A stretch of 13,303 bases of DNA from Promethearchaeota archaeon (GCA_048939245.1 JBHLPR010000061.1:1-13303), one strand, 5' to 3'; positions 1-8,664 are shown, counted from the first letter of the stretch. Numbers and translations are program-made. Notes: generated from the sequence alone by a model not told the origin.

Positions 1-46
1 TTCTTACAGATGGTTAAAAAGTATCTGGCTACGCTTGCTGTATCTC

Positions 47-595
47 TTAGGTATTTTCGAGTTCTTCATTGGTCTTTTGTGGTCCAAGATTATCACATAA
101 CAAAGAGGTAACAAAGAAAATCACAACTAACGCAATAATCGATGTCAGTCCATAAGGGGAAATTAGGAGAAGAGTGATAAAACCAAGATATCGAATACTT
201 CCGATTACCTTCGCAAGGATGTAAGTTTCGCTTAGGATCCATGGATCTGGAACTGGATTGTTATCGCCTTTAAATCTGAAATTAAGAACACCTGAGACAT
301 TGGTAATTTCGATAATCCGATGAACGATGGGCACATCAGAACCGACTGGTGTTGCATCATAGATTACGATATCTCCGACCTGTAGCGTCGTGGGGTCGAC
401 GGCTCGGACGATCACTAAATCTCCACGATAAAGGGTTGGTTCCATCGATTCCGATTCAACAGCGAGCAAAGGCGTTGGAGTTTGCAGGTAGAATTGGAGT
501 CCAATTCCCGTGCCCCAGATAATCACTAACACAAGACCGATTACAGTTACATCTTCAATGAGTTCACGTTTCCAACTTTTCTCGCTGCTCAACAC
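47..595 (-). CDS. sec11: Signal peptidase I, archaeal/eukaryotic Sec11 (S26B) type
   Basis: N-terminal TM helix (VTVIGLVLVIIWGTGIGL), catalytic Ser box VESESMEPTLYRGDLVIV, His box PIVHRI, KGDNN..PD box and a C-terminal hydrophobic segment. GTG start at 595 (TTG at 592 also possible) preceded by GAGGT. Confidence 0.95.
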   Translation of the reverse strand: MLSSEKSWKRELIEDVTVIGLVLVIIWGTGIGLQFYLQTPTPLLAVESESMEPTLYRGDLVIVRAVDPTTLQVGDIVIYDATPVGSDVPIVHRIIEITNVSGVLNFRFKGDNNPVPDPWILSETYILAKVIGSIRYLGFITLLLISPYGLTSIIALVVIFFVTSLLCDNLGPQKTNEELENT

Positions 596-722
596 CAGAA
601 CCTCGGAACACTCATAACCTGAATTGAAATGTCCTTCACAGTTAAAAGATATGCCTATACGAAAGCATCTTACCTAATGATTTTTTAGAAGACCTCCCAT
701 AATCATGATTTGGTGCGAGTCT

Positions 723-1475
723 ATGCATTTCATTACTAAGATATTGAATGAAACAGTAGATCAGTCCGTACACCAGGCTTTCCTACGATATGGGCGAGGT
801 GAATATCCTGGCCCTGCAGCTGAGGTAACCGTAACTAAAGCAGGGACGGTCAAAGTCCGTTCAACCTACATGTATCAGGACTTAGCTGCATCTGTGATGA
901 TTGAAACAATGCCAGTCGAAACAGTGGCTATCTCCGGTTTGATCTTGGGGTATGAACCACTCGATGAAGTATTAGCGAATATAGGGTTTGACGCTGCGCA
1001 ATCAAAAAAGAAATCTCGAACATTACTTTATCAAGCCAAATTGTCTGGCGAGTATCCAATACACCAAGTTTCGAAACTTTATAGTGGTATAGACGCAATT
1101 GCTTACCTCTTCTGCTCTCTGAAAACCAATATTGGCTGGGAACACAAAGCGAAGACCAAAATACCTTCTGCTCAGAAAGAGCCTCCTGTAAGTGAAAGGC
1201 TCAAGTTCAGCAATACAAAAGTTCCAAAAAACACGAAGTTCCTACAGGCTCTTCTCTCTCAACTCTTACCTGATTTCATCAATGATGTTCCCTCAGATTT
1301 TTCGAAACTCCAAATTATAAATACCTACGAGATTCAAGATCTTATCTTTCCTCCTGATATGAAACAGCTAGCCTCCAGAGAAGTAAGACTGAAGACCAAA
1401 CGAAGCGGCATCTTGAGACGCACCCTTATCATTGATGACACAGAATTTACCAATAAACACCCCATGACAGTCTAA
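723..1475 (+). CDS. Hypothetical soluble protein (~250 aa)
   Basis: Long ORF (705..1475 in the track) filling the gap between neighbours. ATG at 723 preferred because GGTG (712-715) sits at SD spacing. No TM segment or catalytic motif recognised. Confidence 0.8.
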   Translation: MHFITKILNETVDQSVHQAFLRYGRGEYPGPAAEVTVTKAGTVKVRSTYMYQDLAASVMIETMPVETVAISGLILGYEPLDEVLANIGFDAAQSKKKSRTLLYQAKLSGEYPIHQVSKLYSGIDAIAYLFCSLKTNIGWEHKAKTKIPSAQKEPPVSERLKFSNTKVPKNTKFLQALLSQLLPDFINDVPSDFSKLQIINTYEIQDLIFPPDMKQLASREVRLKTKRSGILRRTLIIDDTEFTNKHPMTV

Positions 1476-1568
1476 CTGTATCATTAATCGAATTTGTCAC
1501 CCAAACCAAAAATAATTAAAAAGGTGAACCAGTTCACTCACCTCTGATATTTACAGGTGTTTCATAAC

Positions 1569-1772
1569 ATGCAATGGTCACTATTCCTTCCTTGGTATAC
1601 GGTATATGGTGCAATACTCATTGTCTTTGGAATTCTACTCGCCGTTTGGCTAGTCTATATTGTTGAAAAGGCTCGCCAACCACCCTGGCTAAAAATGATC
1701 ATAGCAATCATTTTGATCGCGTTGGCCATTGGGTTCGGTCTGCATCTTATCATGGTGCAACTAGCACTATAA
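1569..1772 (+). CDS. Small two-TM membrane protein, putative OST5/TMEM258-like oligosaccharyltransferase subunit
   Basis: AGGTG (1555-1559) is better read as the SD for ATG 1569 than as a GTG start, giving 67 aa. Two hydrophobic helices joined by a short basic loop (EKARQPPWLK). Motifs LIVFGILLAVWLVYIV and IGFGLHL resemble TMEM258 (LLAIGMFFTAWFFVYEV, MGFGVLF; recalled from memory). The CDS is well supported; the family call is moderate. Confidence 0.65.
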   Translation: MQWSLFLPWYTVYGAILIVFGILLAVWLVYIVEKARQPPWLKMIIAIILIALAIGFGLHLIMVQLAL

Positions 1773-1804
1773 TGCTGTAGAAAATGGCCTGCTTATTTTA
1801 TCCA

Positions 1805-3022
1805 TTAGAAAAGACGCGCCTTTCCATCAAGAATTAGCTTCTGAACAGAACATACATCTTCAAGCTCTGCATCAACAATCGCAGAGACGCTTTTTTCTAC
1901 AGCACTCCATGATGCCTTTTCATCCGTGATAACTTCGGTTGATGCAATTAACGGTTGGTCAATGGGGTATCCAATTCTTGTAAGAATTTTGATAAAAACC
2001 TCTGAGACGTTGGGTTCCTCTGCGATAACATGATCTGCAATGCGTTGGGCTAGCACATTGTATATTTTTCCAACATGATTCTGTGGATTCTTGCCTGCCG
2101 TCGCTTCGAGACTCATTGGTCGACAAGGAGTAATCAATCCATTTGCACGATTACCTCGGCCAACTCCTGCATCGTCTCCCATCTCCGCAGAAGTTCCAGT
2201 TAGTGTCAGGTAATAAACGCCTCGTTTAGGATCATCTGCAGAGTTGACGACGACACTGACCTCACGATCAGTAATTTTCTTCGCTTGGTCAAGTACAGCA
2301 TTCTCAACATCGTCGAGTATTCCTCGATAATGGTCAGCATCAGGAATTAGATGTGCAATCATTGCAGCGGCTACTGTTAATTTGATATCATCATTAGTTC
2401 GCAATCCCATAATCTTGACATCTTCTCCAACTTCCGGATGCTTCTTTTTAAACGCGTCCGAGTTGAGAAGTTGTTCTGTTTGAAAAACAAGGTTTTCGGT
2501 TTCTGAAAAGGGTGCAAAAGCTACACCAAAACTAGTATCATTAGCACGGGGAATGTCGTCAACGGTGTGGTCAAATACATGAGTAAGGTCAACTGAGCCT
2601 GATTTGATTTTGTAATCCATCAAGACCTGCTGTGTTGGGTCCAGGAAACGTAGGGTCTTTTTCAAGGTGGTTTTTATTGAGTCAAGAGTTAAAGTACCAA
2701 GCGGAATTCGAACCAATTTCTGATCTTTGAAGACTTCTGTAGTAGCACGACCAACAACACAAATGTAAATTGGTTCTAGTAATTCTCCTCCACCGAATCC
2801 TACTTGGGCACGACCTCCAGCAATTGATCCTTTGTCGACGTTGTGATGGAGGATTCCACCAAAATTGTCAATGTAGTAATTACAGAGGTTAACGCCAACA
2901 TTCTCAACAACTGCGTCAAGAATCGTGTCTGGGTGACCTTTTCCTTTTCTTTCGACAATTTCAAGCGATTGTTGTTCCATGGGAGGGGCTACGGCTTTCG
3001 TAACAGCGATGTTTCGGGGCAT
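1805..3022 (-). CDS. mat: S-adenosylmethionine synthetase, archaeal type (methionine adenosyltransferase)
   Basis: [89 protein letters not shown]. 405 aa is typical; SD AAGGTG upstream. Confidence 0.97.
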   Translation of the reverse strand: MPRNIAVTKAVAPPMEQQSLEIVERKGKGHPDTILDAVVENVGVNLCNYYIDNFGGILHHNVDKGSIAGGRAQVGFGGGELLEPIYICVVGRATTEVFKDQKLVRIPLGTLTLDSIKTTLKKTLRFLDPTQQVLMDYKIKSGSVDLTHVFDHTVDDIPRANDTSFGVAFAPFSETENLVFQTEQLLNSDAFKKKHPEVGEDVKIMGLRTNDDIKLTVAAAMIAHLIPDADHYRGILDDVENAVLDQAKKITDREVSVVVNSADDPKRGVYYLTLTGTSAEMGDDAGVGRGNRANGLITPCRPMSLEATAGKNPQNHVGKIYNVLAQRIADHVIAEEPNVSEVFIKILTRIGYPIDQPLIASTEVITDEKASWSAVEKSVSAIVDAELEDVCSVQKLILDGKARLF

Positions 3023-3062
3023 TTACGGCACCTTGAGTGAGCCGAGATGGATGGCTTTGTTT

Positions 3063-3077
3063 TTTAAGAATTTCCTC
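3063..3077 (-). promoter_or_regulatory. Putative BRE/TATA promoter of mat
   Basis: Minus strand reads GAGGAAA-TTCTTAAA about 40 nt upstream of the mat ATG. Confidence 0.45.
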
Positions 3078-3222
3078 TTTACACTATCAAATATTCGTCA
3101 GGCGAATAATAGGCTAGAGGGGTATTGCCATAACACTTAAGCCAATCAACAACTACTTTGTTATATCCTCGTGGCTACCGAGCGGAAAAGCTGCGCTAAG
3201 TGATTTCGAGGAGTGATAGGGC

Positions 3223-4440
3223 ATGAGCCACTTTGTTGATGAAGATGAAATACGGCGTTTAAGTCGACGCATCGCTGAGGAATTCGAGTCGACCTATGGG
3301 ACCCTTGATGAAAAGGTTGCCCGTGTACCTGACGATGCGGCAACGGCCATTGCTGATGAATGCTGTGTTCATCTCGAGGTTGCTCGAGTGGCTTATCGAG
3401 TTATGCTTGATGGTGTGATTACGGATCCTAGGCCTTCATGCCAGGTTCTTATGCAGGAATTTGATCGTCGAGCTAAACAAGGAAGCCCAGTTCCGGAAAT
3501 TGATACCTACCAACGAGAAGTTGCAGTAACCGAGGGAAAATGGGTTGAATATCTCTACGGGCAATTAGGGAAAATACTGCTAGCTGATCTTCGGAATTTA
3601 GTGAATCTCGAGCGCACAATTTCTGATGAAATTGAACCAGCCAACGAAAAAGTCATTGCTGTAATTTCCCAAAGAAAGAAAATCAATGAATGTTATTTTC
3701 AACCATTGATCGAACGGTGGTTAGGCGACCATGAAGGTGCAAATATCACTATTGCCGTTCGAGCTATTGCAGGGGGATTAATCGGATCTACTGACTCTGA
3801 TATTGATGATGCAATTAACGGTGCTCGAGCCGCGCTCCTTATCAAGTTAAGACGGTATGAACAATTTTTACGCCAAGAAGATGATGAGGAAGAAGAATCT
3901 CGTCTGATGGAAAAAGTTCTTGGCGAAATCCAGATTCTTATAAAAGAAGTTCAAGGATCCCTTGAATGGGCTTCTTCAAATACCGCAGGAGAAATCCTCA
4001 TCGAAGTTACGCCATCTCCACCTGAATCAATCGATGAGAAACCGAAATTTGGGTTTGTTTCTGCTCCATTTCCATCAAGACCACAAATGGGTCCTCCACT
4101 ACGAACACCTCTAGATTTTTTGGAAAGAGATGTTTGGCTGGCATCCATGAAGGCTCCTGATGAACGAGCTCCGTTCTTACGCGAAAAAATCACCACAGTG
4201 GCTGATAATCTAATTGAACAAGGGACACCACTTGACAAAATTGGAACGACGATTATCTTCGATTTAGATAGCCGCTTTTCTTGGACGCGCTCAAAAAAAT
4301 CAGTGGTCCGAAAAGAATTACGAGAAATCCAGGATTTAGCAGGTGAAGATTATCGTGCACAAATTGAAAACTATGTCCTAGAGAACCTTTTAGCAAAAAT
4401 CCCGGAACTCCGATCCAAACCAAATAGAGAAGAGAGCTAA
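3223..4440 (+). CDS. Hypothetical protein, acidic and probably mostly alpha-helical (405 aa)
   Basis: Long ORF with strong SD (GAGGAGTGA) before the ATG. Helical heptad-like patterning, acidic run EDDEEEE and a Pro-rich linker (TPSPPES...PFPSRPQMGPP). No family recognised. Confidence 0.85.
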   Translation: MSHFVDEDEIRRLSRRIAEEFESTYGTLDEKVARVPDDAATAIADECCVHLEVARVAYRVMLDGVITDPRPSCQVLMQEFDRRAKQGSPVPEIDTYQREVAVTEGKWVEYLYGQLGKILLADLRNLVNLERTISDEIEPANEKVIAVISQRKKINECYFQPLIERWLGDHEGANITIAVRAIAGGLIGSTDSDIDDAINGARAALLIKLRRYEQFLRQEDDEEEESRLMEKVLGEIQILIKEVQGSLEWASSNTAGEILIEVTPSPPESIDEKPKFGFVSAPFPSRPQMGPPLRTPLDFLERDVWLASMKAPDERAPFLREKITTVADNLIEQGTPLDKIGTTIIFDLDSRFSWTRSKKSVVRKELREIQDLAGEDYRAQIENYVLENLLAKIPELRSKPNREES

Positions 4441-4461
4441 ATGTGTCTGAGATGAACCGCG

Positions 4462-5238
4462 ATGACAGAACAAAATCCTCCCCTTCTATGGGTCTTAGAC
4501 TATGTTATTCCTGATTTCACTATCTTTGGAGAAAAAATAACTCTCAATGGAGAACTGCTCATTGCTTCTCGACAGCTTTTTAGTTTTCTTCAGGAGGAGA
4601 TCGTTCGATCCGCATTCATTGGTCCTGGTGTAGTTAAAGGCCAAGTGCTGATTAAGGGAAAACCGGTAGATGTAGAATATCTCGTCGGGGCGGTCCTCTT
4701 TGACCCGACAAAAATGCGACCACGTGAACCAATCCCAGTTCTTGATATCCTTAACCCCGAAATATTAGATCCCCTTGAACAGGCATCAGTCGAACAAGTC
4801 CAAGAAATTATTCGTAAACTAATTATCAAAAAAGGGTCTGTTGATGATTCCGGTCAAATCCTGAAGATAACTACAGAAGGCGGACTACCAACCACACTCC
4901 TCTCGGAGCAGCGCATTGTACCTCGAAACATTTCACTAATCTCTGGATTGAAGAAAGCCCGCTTTTTACTCGGTGGACAGAAGAATCGGCTGTATACACC
5001 TTTCAAGGATGCCCTGCAACGCAATCAATTCAGTGATCCTAGCCGAATTTGGACATTCCGAATTGATACTATGGAATTCGAAGAATTCAATCCCAAAAGT
5101 TTTGATGAATGGATTATTATAGAAATGCAATCCGACACCGCCGATTCCTCACGTTCAAGTCAGGTAGTCGAATTAGAATTTAACTCGATTCTAACTTATT
5201 TGCTAGGAAATCGGAAATATTTCATTTTTGATGATTAA
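4462..5238 (+). CDS. Hypothetical protein (258 aa)
   Basis: Long ORF starting 21 nt after the previous stop, so probably co-transcribed. No TM segment or motif recognised. Confidence 0.8.
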   Translation: MTEQNPPLLWVLDYVIPDFTIFGEKITLNGELLIASRQLFSFLQEEIVRSAFIGPGVVKGQVLIKGKPVDVEYLVGAVLFDPTKMRPREPIPVLDILNPEILDPLEQASVEQVQEIIRKLIIKKGSVDDSGQILKITTEGGLPTTLLSEQRIVPRNISLISGLKKARFLLGGQKNRLYTPFKDALQRNQFSDPSRIWTFRIDTMEFEEFNPKSFDEWIIIEMQSDTADSSRSSQVVELEFNSILTYLLGNRKYFIFDD

Positions 5239-7811
5239 TCCCCAGTTTGAATAGGACTCTCAATTGCTTCAATAACTTTTGCAGCATTTTCAGCCAATTC
5301 ATATCGACCGATAACTTCTGCTACACGGTTAATTCCTTGTAGGATGTGTACCTGATTATCAAGAAAACCGAAGATATCTCCAGGATAAATGAATAACTCA
5401 TACTCTTCAAGAAATGTGGAATTGATTTGCGACGGTGTGAAACCTCGATAACGTAGGTCCAGAACGGCTTTTGAAACGTTCCAATTGCCACAATCACAAA
5501 AGGGATTTTCTTTACAGCGGCAATTGAAGAAATCCACAGTCCATTTACTGAACATACGTAAAACCCAATTAGGCAGGCGTTTTAATCGACGACTACGCTT
5601 TGTACTCATTAAATCTAGAACAGCACCTGCGAATAATCGTGTGGCAAAACGTGTGCGTAATGCGCGTTCGATTTCACTTTGTAATCTAGGAGACAAGTAG
5701 ACATTTCTAAGCGGTTCCAATCTAACCGACAAGTCATCAGCTGAGTTGGAGCGATGTTCCTGAATTGCCACAACATTAGAGGCAGAAAAATATGAGATAG
5801 CTGCAGCACGACCTAACTCAGTAGGCATAATAGTTTGTGCGCTTTGGGTTGCCAACCCATGACGCTTCAGAAATCTAAGACCTTCAGAAAATGTCACCGT
5901 GCGAGAAAGTAGACGTTGATACGCATTTTCAAGCCGCTTACGCGAGATACCATCGTAACAAGAGAGAGTTGCCAGCAATTGATCCACAGATTGCTCGAAT
6001 GTTGCTTCTGGATAGACGTTTTCAATCGGATTATTTAATAAATCCAAAGCGACATCTTCTTCGGTTTTGGGTTCATCACCAAAATATCTTCGACCAATTT
6101 CTGCAAGTAAAACTGCTTTTCCAGCATCATGTTTACCAAGTCGACCTGCTCGACCAAGCATTTGTGTAAATTCGCCAACGGTTAGGGTCTTTGTTCCCAT
6201 CATTAGACTTTGAAAAATGACCATGCTGGCTGGGAAATCTACACCAGCAGCCAACGCCGCAGTAGTAACTACGACCGCAATTTTACCCGATGCAAATGCG
6301 GTCTCAATCTTATGTCGTTGAGGATAGGTCATTCCAGCATGATATGCCCTCGCTGGAATCCGCTGCTTTTGTAATTCCGAGGCAATCGAATGAGTGCTCC
6401 GACGCGAATTGGTGAACACGATTGTCTGGCCTTGGAAACCAAAGGAACTCTTCCGTCTATATTCCGACCTAGTAAGATCTGCAATGACTCTGAGTTTATC
6501 CGCTTCGGTAAGGACCATAATCAAATGACGTTGTAACGGCACAGGACGCCCACGAAGAATAACCGGAACTAGTTCTAACTCCTGAGCTAGTTCCTCAGGA
6601 TTTCCTACAGTTGCTGAGAGTGCAACTATTTGGGATTTAGGAAATAAGGTTCGTAAACGTATAATTAATCCATCTAGCTCTGATCCACGGTCCTCATCAG
6701 CAACCATTTGAATTTCGTCGATGACGACAACGCCGACATCACCAAACATATCGGCTTTCCCTGATCGCAGTAAATAATCGAATCCCTCATAGCTCGCCAC
6801 TATTATATTGGCATCTGTGACATCATCGTCAACAATTACAAGCGCTTCCTCTCCGACATCAATGCCACTCATCCCAACCCGAATTGCTACACGCAACCCA
6901 AGAACTTCAAATTTCTCACGATATTCGTGATACTTTTGGTTAGCTAATGCAACTAATGGTGATAAGTAGATGTAAACCTTGCCTTGCATAGCGGCTTTGA
7001 GCCCAGCAAGTTCACCTACAAGCGATTTTCCACTAGTTGTGTCAGAAACAGCTAGTATTGATTTGCCTTCTAATAACCCAGCACTAGCTGCCTTGGTTTG
7101 AATCGGAAGAAGAAATTCAATTCCTGCTTTCTTAAGGCTTTGAACAATCTCTACTGGAATGGGAAGCGTTCGGATTGGTATTTTTTTCTCCGGTTCTTTG
7201 ACCGCTTGAACTTGGTCATATAAGGTCATTGCCGGATTCTTACTTGGTCGAAATTGTGATGAAAGAAATGAAGCGACCTTTTCCACGGAGCGTAGGCGTT
7301 GTAACATCGTTTCTAGGCTGCCGTAGGCTTTTTTCGAGATTTCAACATCCATGGACTGAAGACGGTTAGTTAATTCCCGAGAAGCACATTTGTAGCACAC
7401 TGGTTGCCCCTCAAGTTGGTATACCTGTTGTTTGCGCAACATAGTGAATCGTCCATCAGCAATACACGAACTGCACGCTCGGACGATTACGGGGTCTTTT
7501 ACGCCAAAATCACGTAACATTCCTTTCAATTCCGCCAAAAATGGAAATCGGGGTTGGCGCGGGATTGCGATATATTCTGCGTTGCGCACCCAGTTCACAA
7601 AGGTTTGTGGGTCGACAGGTTTGATACCTCCCTTTTGAACTAACCATAGCTTTTCTGGTCTAAGCCGTCCTTCCTTCATCTGAAAATTAACGCGTGCCCG
7701 CAATATTGGTACATGTGAACGTTTTGGACGAAAAACGATAATAAATGCTGCTTGCTCTCGTTTCTTCTCTGGAAATAGAGCTATGCTAAAAGGGGGTTTT
7801 AATGGGCGCAT
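5235..7811 (-). CDS. Archaea-specific Ski2-like SF2 helicase (ASH-Ski2 / COG1202, DUF5814-type)
   Basis: Q motif LLPIQ, motif I DTTSGKS, Ia PLVALANQKY, II DEIQ, III SAT, IV FTNSRR, YHAGM, V TAALAAGVDFPA, VI QMLGRAGR. N-terminal CSSC..CYKC and C-terminal CRCKENPFCDC Cys clusters; 858 aa. Confidence 0.9.
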   Translation of the reverse strand: MRPLKPPFSIALFPEKKREQAAFIIVFRPKRSHVPILRARVNFQMKEGRLRPEKLWLVQKGGIKPVDPQTFVNWVRNAEYIAIPRQPRFPFLAELKGMLRDFGVKDPVIVRACSSCIADGRFTMLRKQQVYQLEGQPVCYKCASRELTNRLQSMDVEISKKAYGSLETMLQRLRSVEKVASFLSSQFRPSKNPAMTLYDQVQAVKEPEKKIPIRTLPIPVEIVQSLKKAGIEFLLPIQTKAASAGLLEGKSILAVSDTTSGKSLVGELAGLKAAMQGKVYIYLSPLVALANQKYHEYREKFEVLGLRVAIRVGMSGIDVGEEALVIVDDDVTDANIIVASYEGFDYLLRSGKADMFGDVGVVVIDEIQMVADEDRGSELDGLIIRLRTLFPKSQIVALSATVGNPEELAQELELVPVILRGRPVPLQRHLIMVLTEADKLRVIADLTRSEYRRKSSFGFQGQTIVFTNSRRSTHSIASELQKQRIPARAYHAGMTYPQRHKIETAFASGKIAVVVTTAALAAGVDFPASMVIFQSLMMGTKTLTVGEFTQMLGRAGRLGKHDAGKAVLLAEIGRRYFGDEPKTEEDVALDLLNNPIENVYPEATFEQSVDQLLATLSCYDGISRKRLENAYQRLLSRTVTFSEGLRFLKRHGLATQSAQTIMPTELGRAAAISYFSASNVVAIQEHRSNSADDLSVRLEPLRNVYLSPRLQSEIERALRTRFATRLFAGAVLDLMSTKRSRRLKRLPNWVLRMFSKWTVDFFNCRCKENPFCDCGNWNVSKAVLDLRYRGFTPSQINSTFLEEYELFIYPGDIFGFLDNQVHILQGINRVAEVIGRYELAENAAKVIEAIESPIQTGD

Positions 7812-7901
7812 TGGCGGACACAGTTCTAGTCGATTTTAGGTGAAAACCACAAGTAAGGCTTTTTAGTCTTGTCTTACTCTTAGGAATCAGGGGTTTAGAG
7901 C

Positions 7902-8594
7902 GTGCGAACAATTGAGATTTACCCCGGCATCTTGTCATTGATGTTAAGCAAGGCTGCTCGTGCTGGTCGAACTGAAATAGGGGGGTTTCTTATTGGCAAG
8001 ATTGAACGGAACAAGATCGTTGTCACTAGAGCCACATTTCCGCGTCAAAGGGGTTCAAGGACTCACGTAACCATCAATGATGCTGATATGGCTATTCTTG
8101 CTGAAGAACTCGCAGAAAGAGGAGCGGGCGAAGTTATCATCGGCTGGCATCATACTCACCCTGGTCTAGGTGTATTTATGTCAGGTACAGATGTCTCAAC
8201 GCAAATTCGATATCAAGCCTTCTTCCCTGAGGCAATTGCCTTAGTAATGGACCCAGTAAAATTCTCTGAAACCCTGAATATAGATGATTTAGATCTCCGG
8301 ATTTACCGTGTGGATGGTAGAAAAGAATTCGAGCTTGAATACGAATATGCACACGACCCCGCTGAAATAATTCCGGATTTATTTGGCATCATGCTAACCT
8401 TAGAAGAAACGTCAAATGTTGTCTACGAAGACACTTGGTTTGAAAAAATGTTACGAGACGTTTTTGGAGAGCGAATTACTACACCAGAATTCACTTGGGG
8501 GTTTGGAAACTTCTTAGAAGCGATAGCAGCATTTGGTACAGTGATTTTTCTAGTTGTATTTGTCGCCCTTGCCCTCATGGGATTATTCGTATGA
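7902..8594 (+). CDS. JAMM/MPN+ (Rpn11/CSN5-like) metalloprotease with C-terminal transmembrane helix
   Basis: E25 in EIGGFLIG; complete JAMM motif GWHHTHPGLGVFMSGTD (H84, H86, S94, D97), followed by VSTQ and ALVMDP. The last 24 residues (AIAAFGTVIFLVVFVALALMGLFV) are uncharged and hydrophobic. GTG start. Confidence 0.9.
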   Translation: MRTIEIYPGILSLMLSKAARAGRTEIGGFLIGKIERNKIVVTRATFPRQRGSRTHVTINDADMAILAEELAERGAGEVIIGWHHTHPGLGVFMSGTDVSTQIRYQAFFPEAIALVMDPVKFSETLNIDDLDLRIYRVDGRKEFELEYEYAHDPAEIIPDLFGIMLTLEETSNVVYEDTWFEKMLRDVFGERITTPEFTWGFGNFLEAIAAFGTVIFLVVFVALALMGLFV

Positions 8595-8664
8595 AATCAT
8601 CATCAACTGCCCATAAAGGGTTCAGAAAATTGTGGCTGTTTGGTTCAATAGGAAATCAGTTCAG

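Noticed and set aside
3023-3222. SAM riboswitch or ncRNA upstream of mat; inverted repeat TATTCG-n5-CGAATA at 3092-3108
   Set aside because: The putative TATA box leaves only a very short mat leader, no SAM aptamer consensus is visible, and a lone 6-bp inverted repeat is expected by chance.
2843-3343. Short ORFs 2843..3040 (+) and 3161..3343 (-)
   Set aside because: Antisense overlaps of mat and the 405 aa gene, with no recognisable motifs.
3951-7638. Shadow ORFs 3951..4238, 4590..4829, 5485..5700, 5615..5809, 5891..6169 and 7432..7638
   Set aside because: All lie antisense within longer, better-supported CDSs and show no protein-family signal.
7902-8594. JAB as part of a CBASS/Bil-type defence or sulfur-carrier operon
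   Set aside because: No adjacent E1, E2, ubiquitin-like or nucleotidyltransferase gene; the context is housekeeping.
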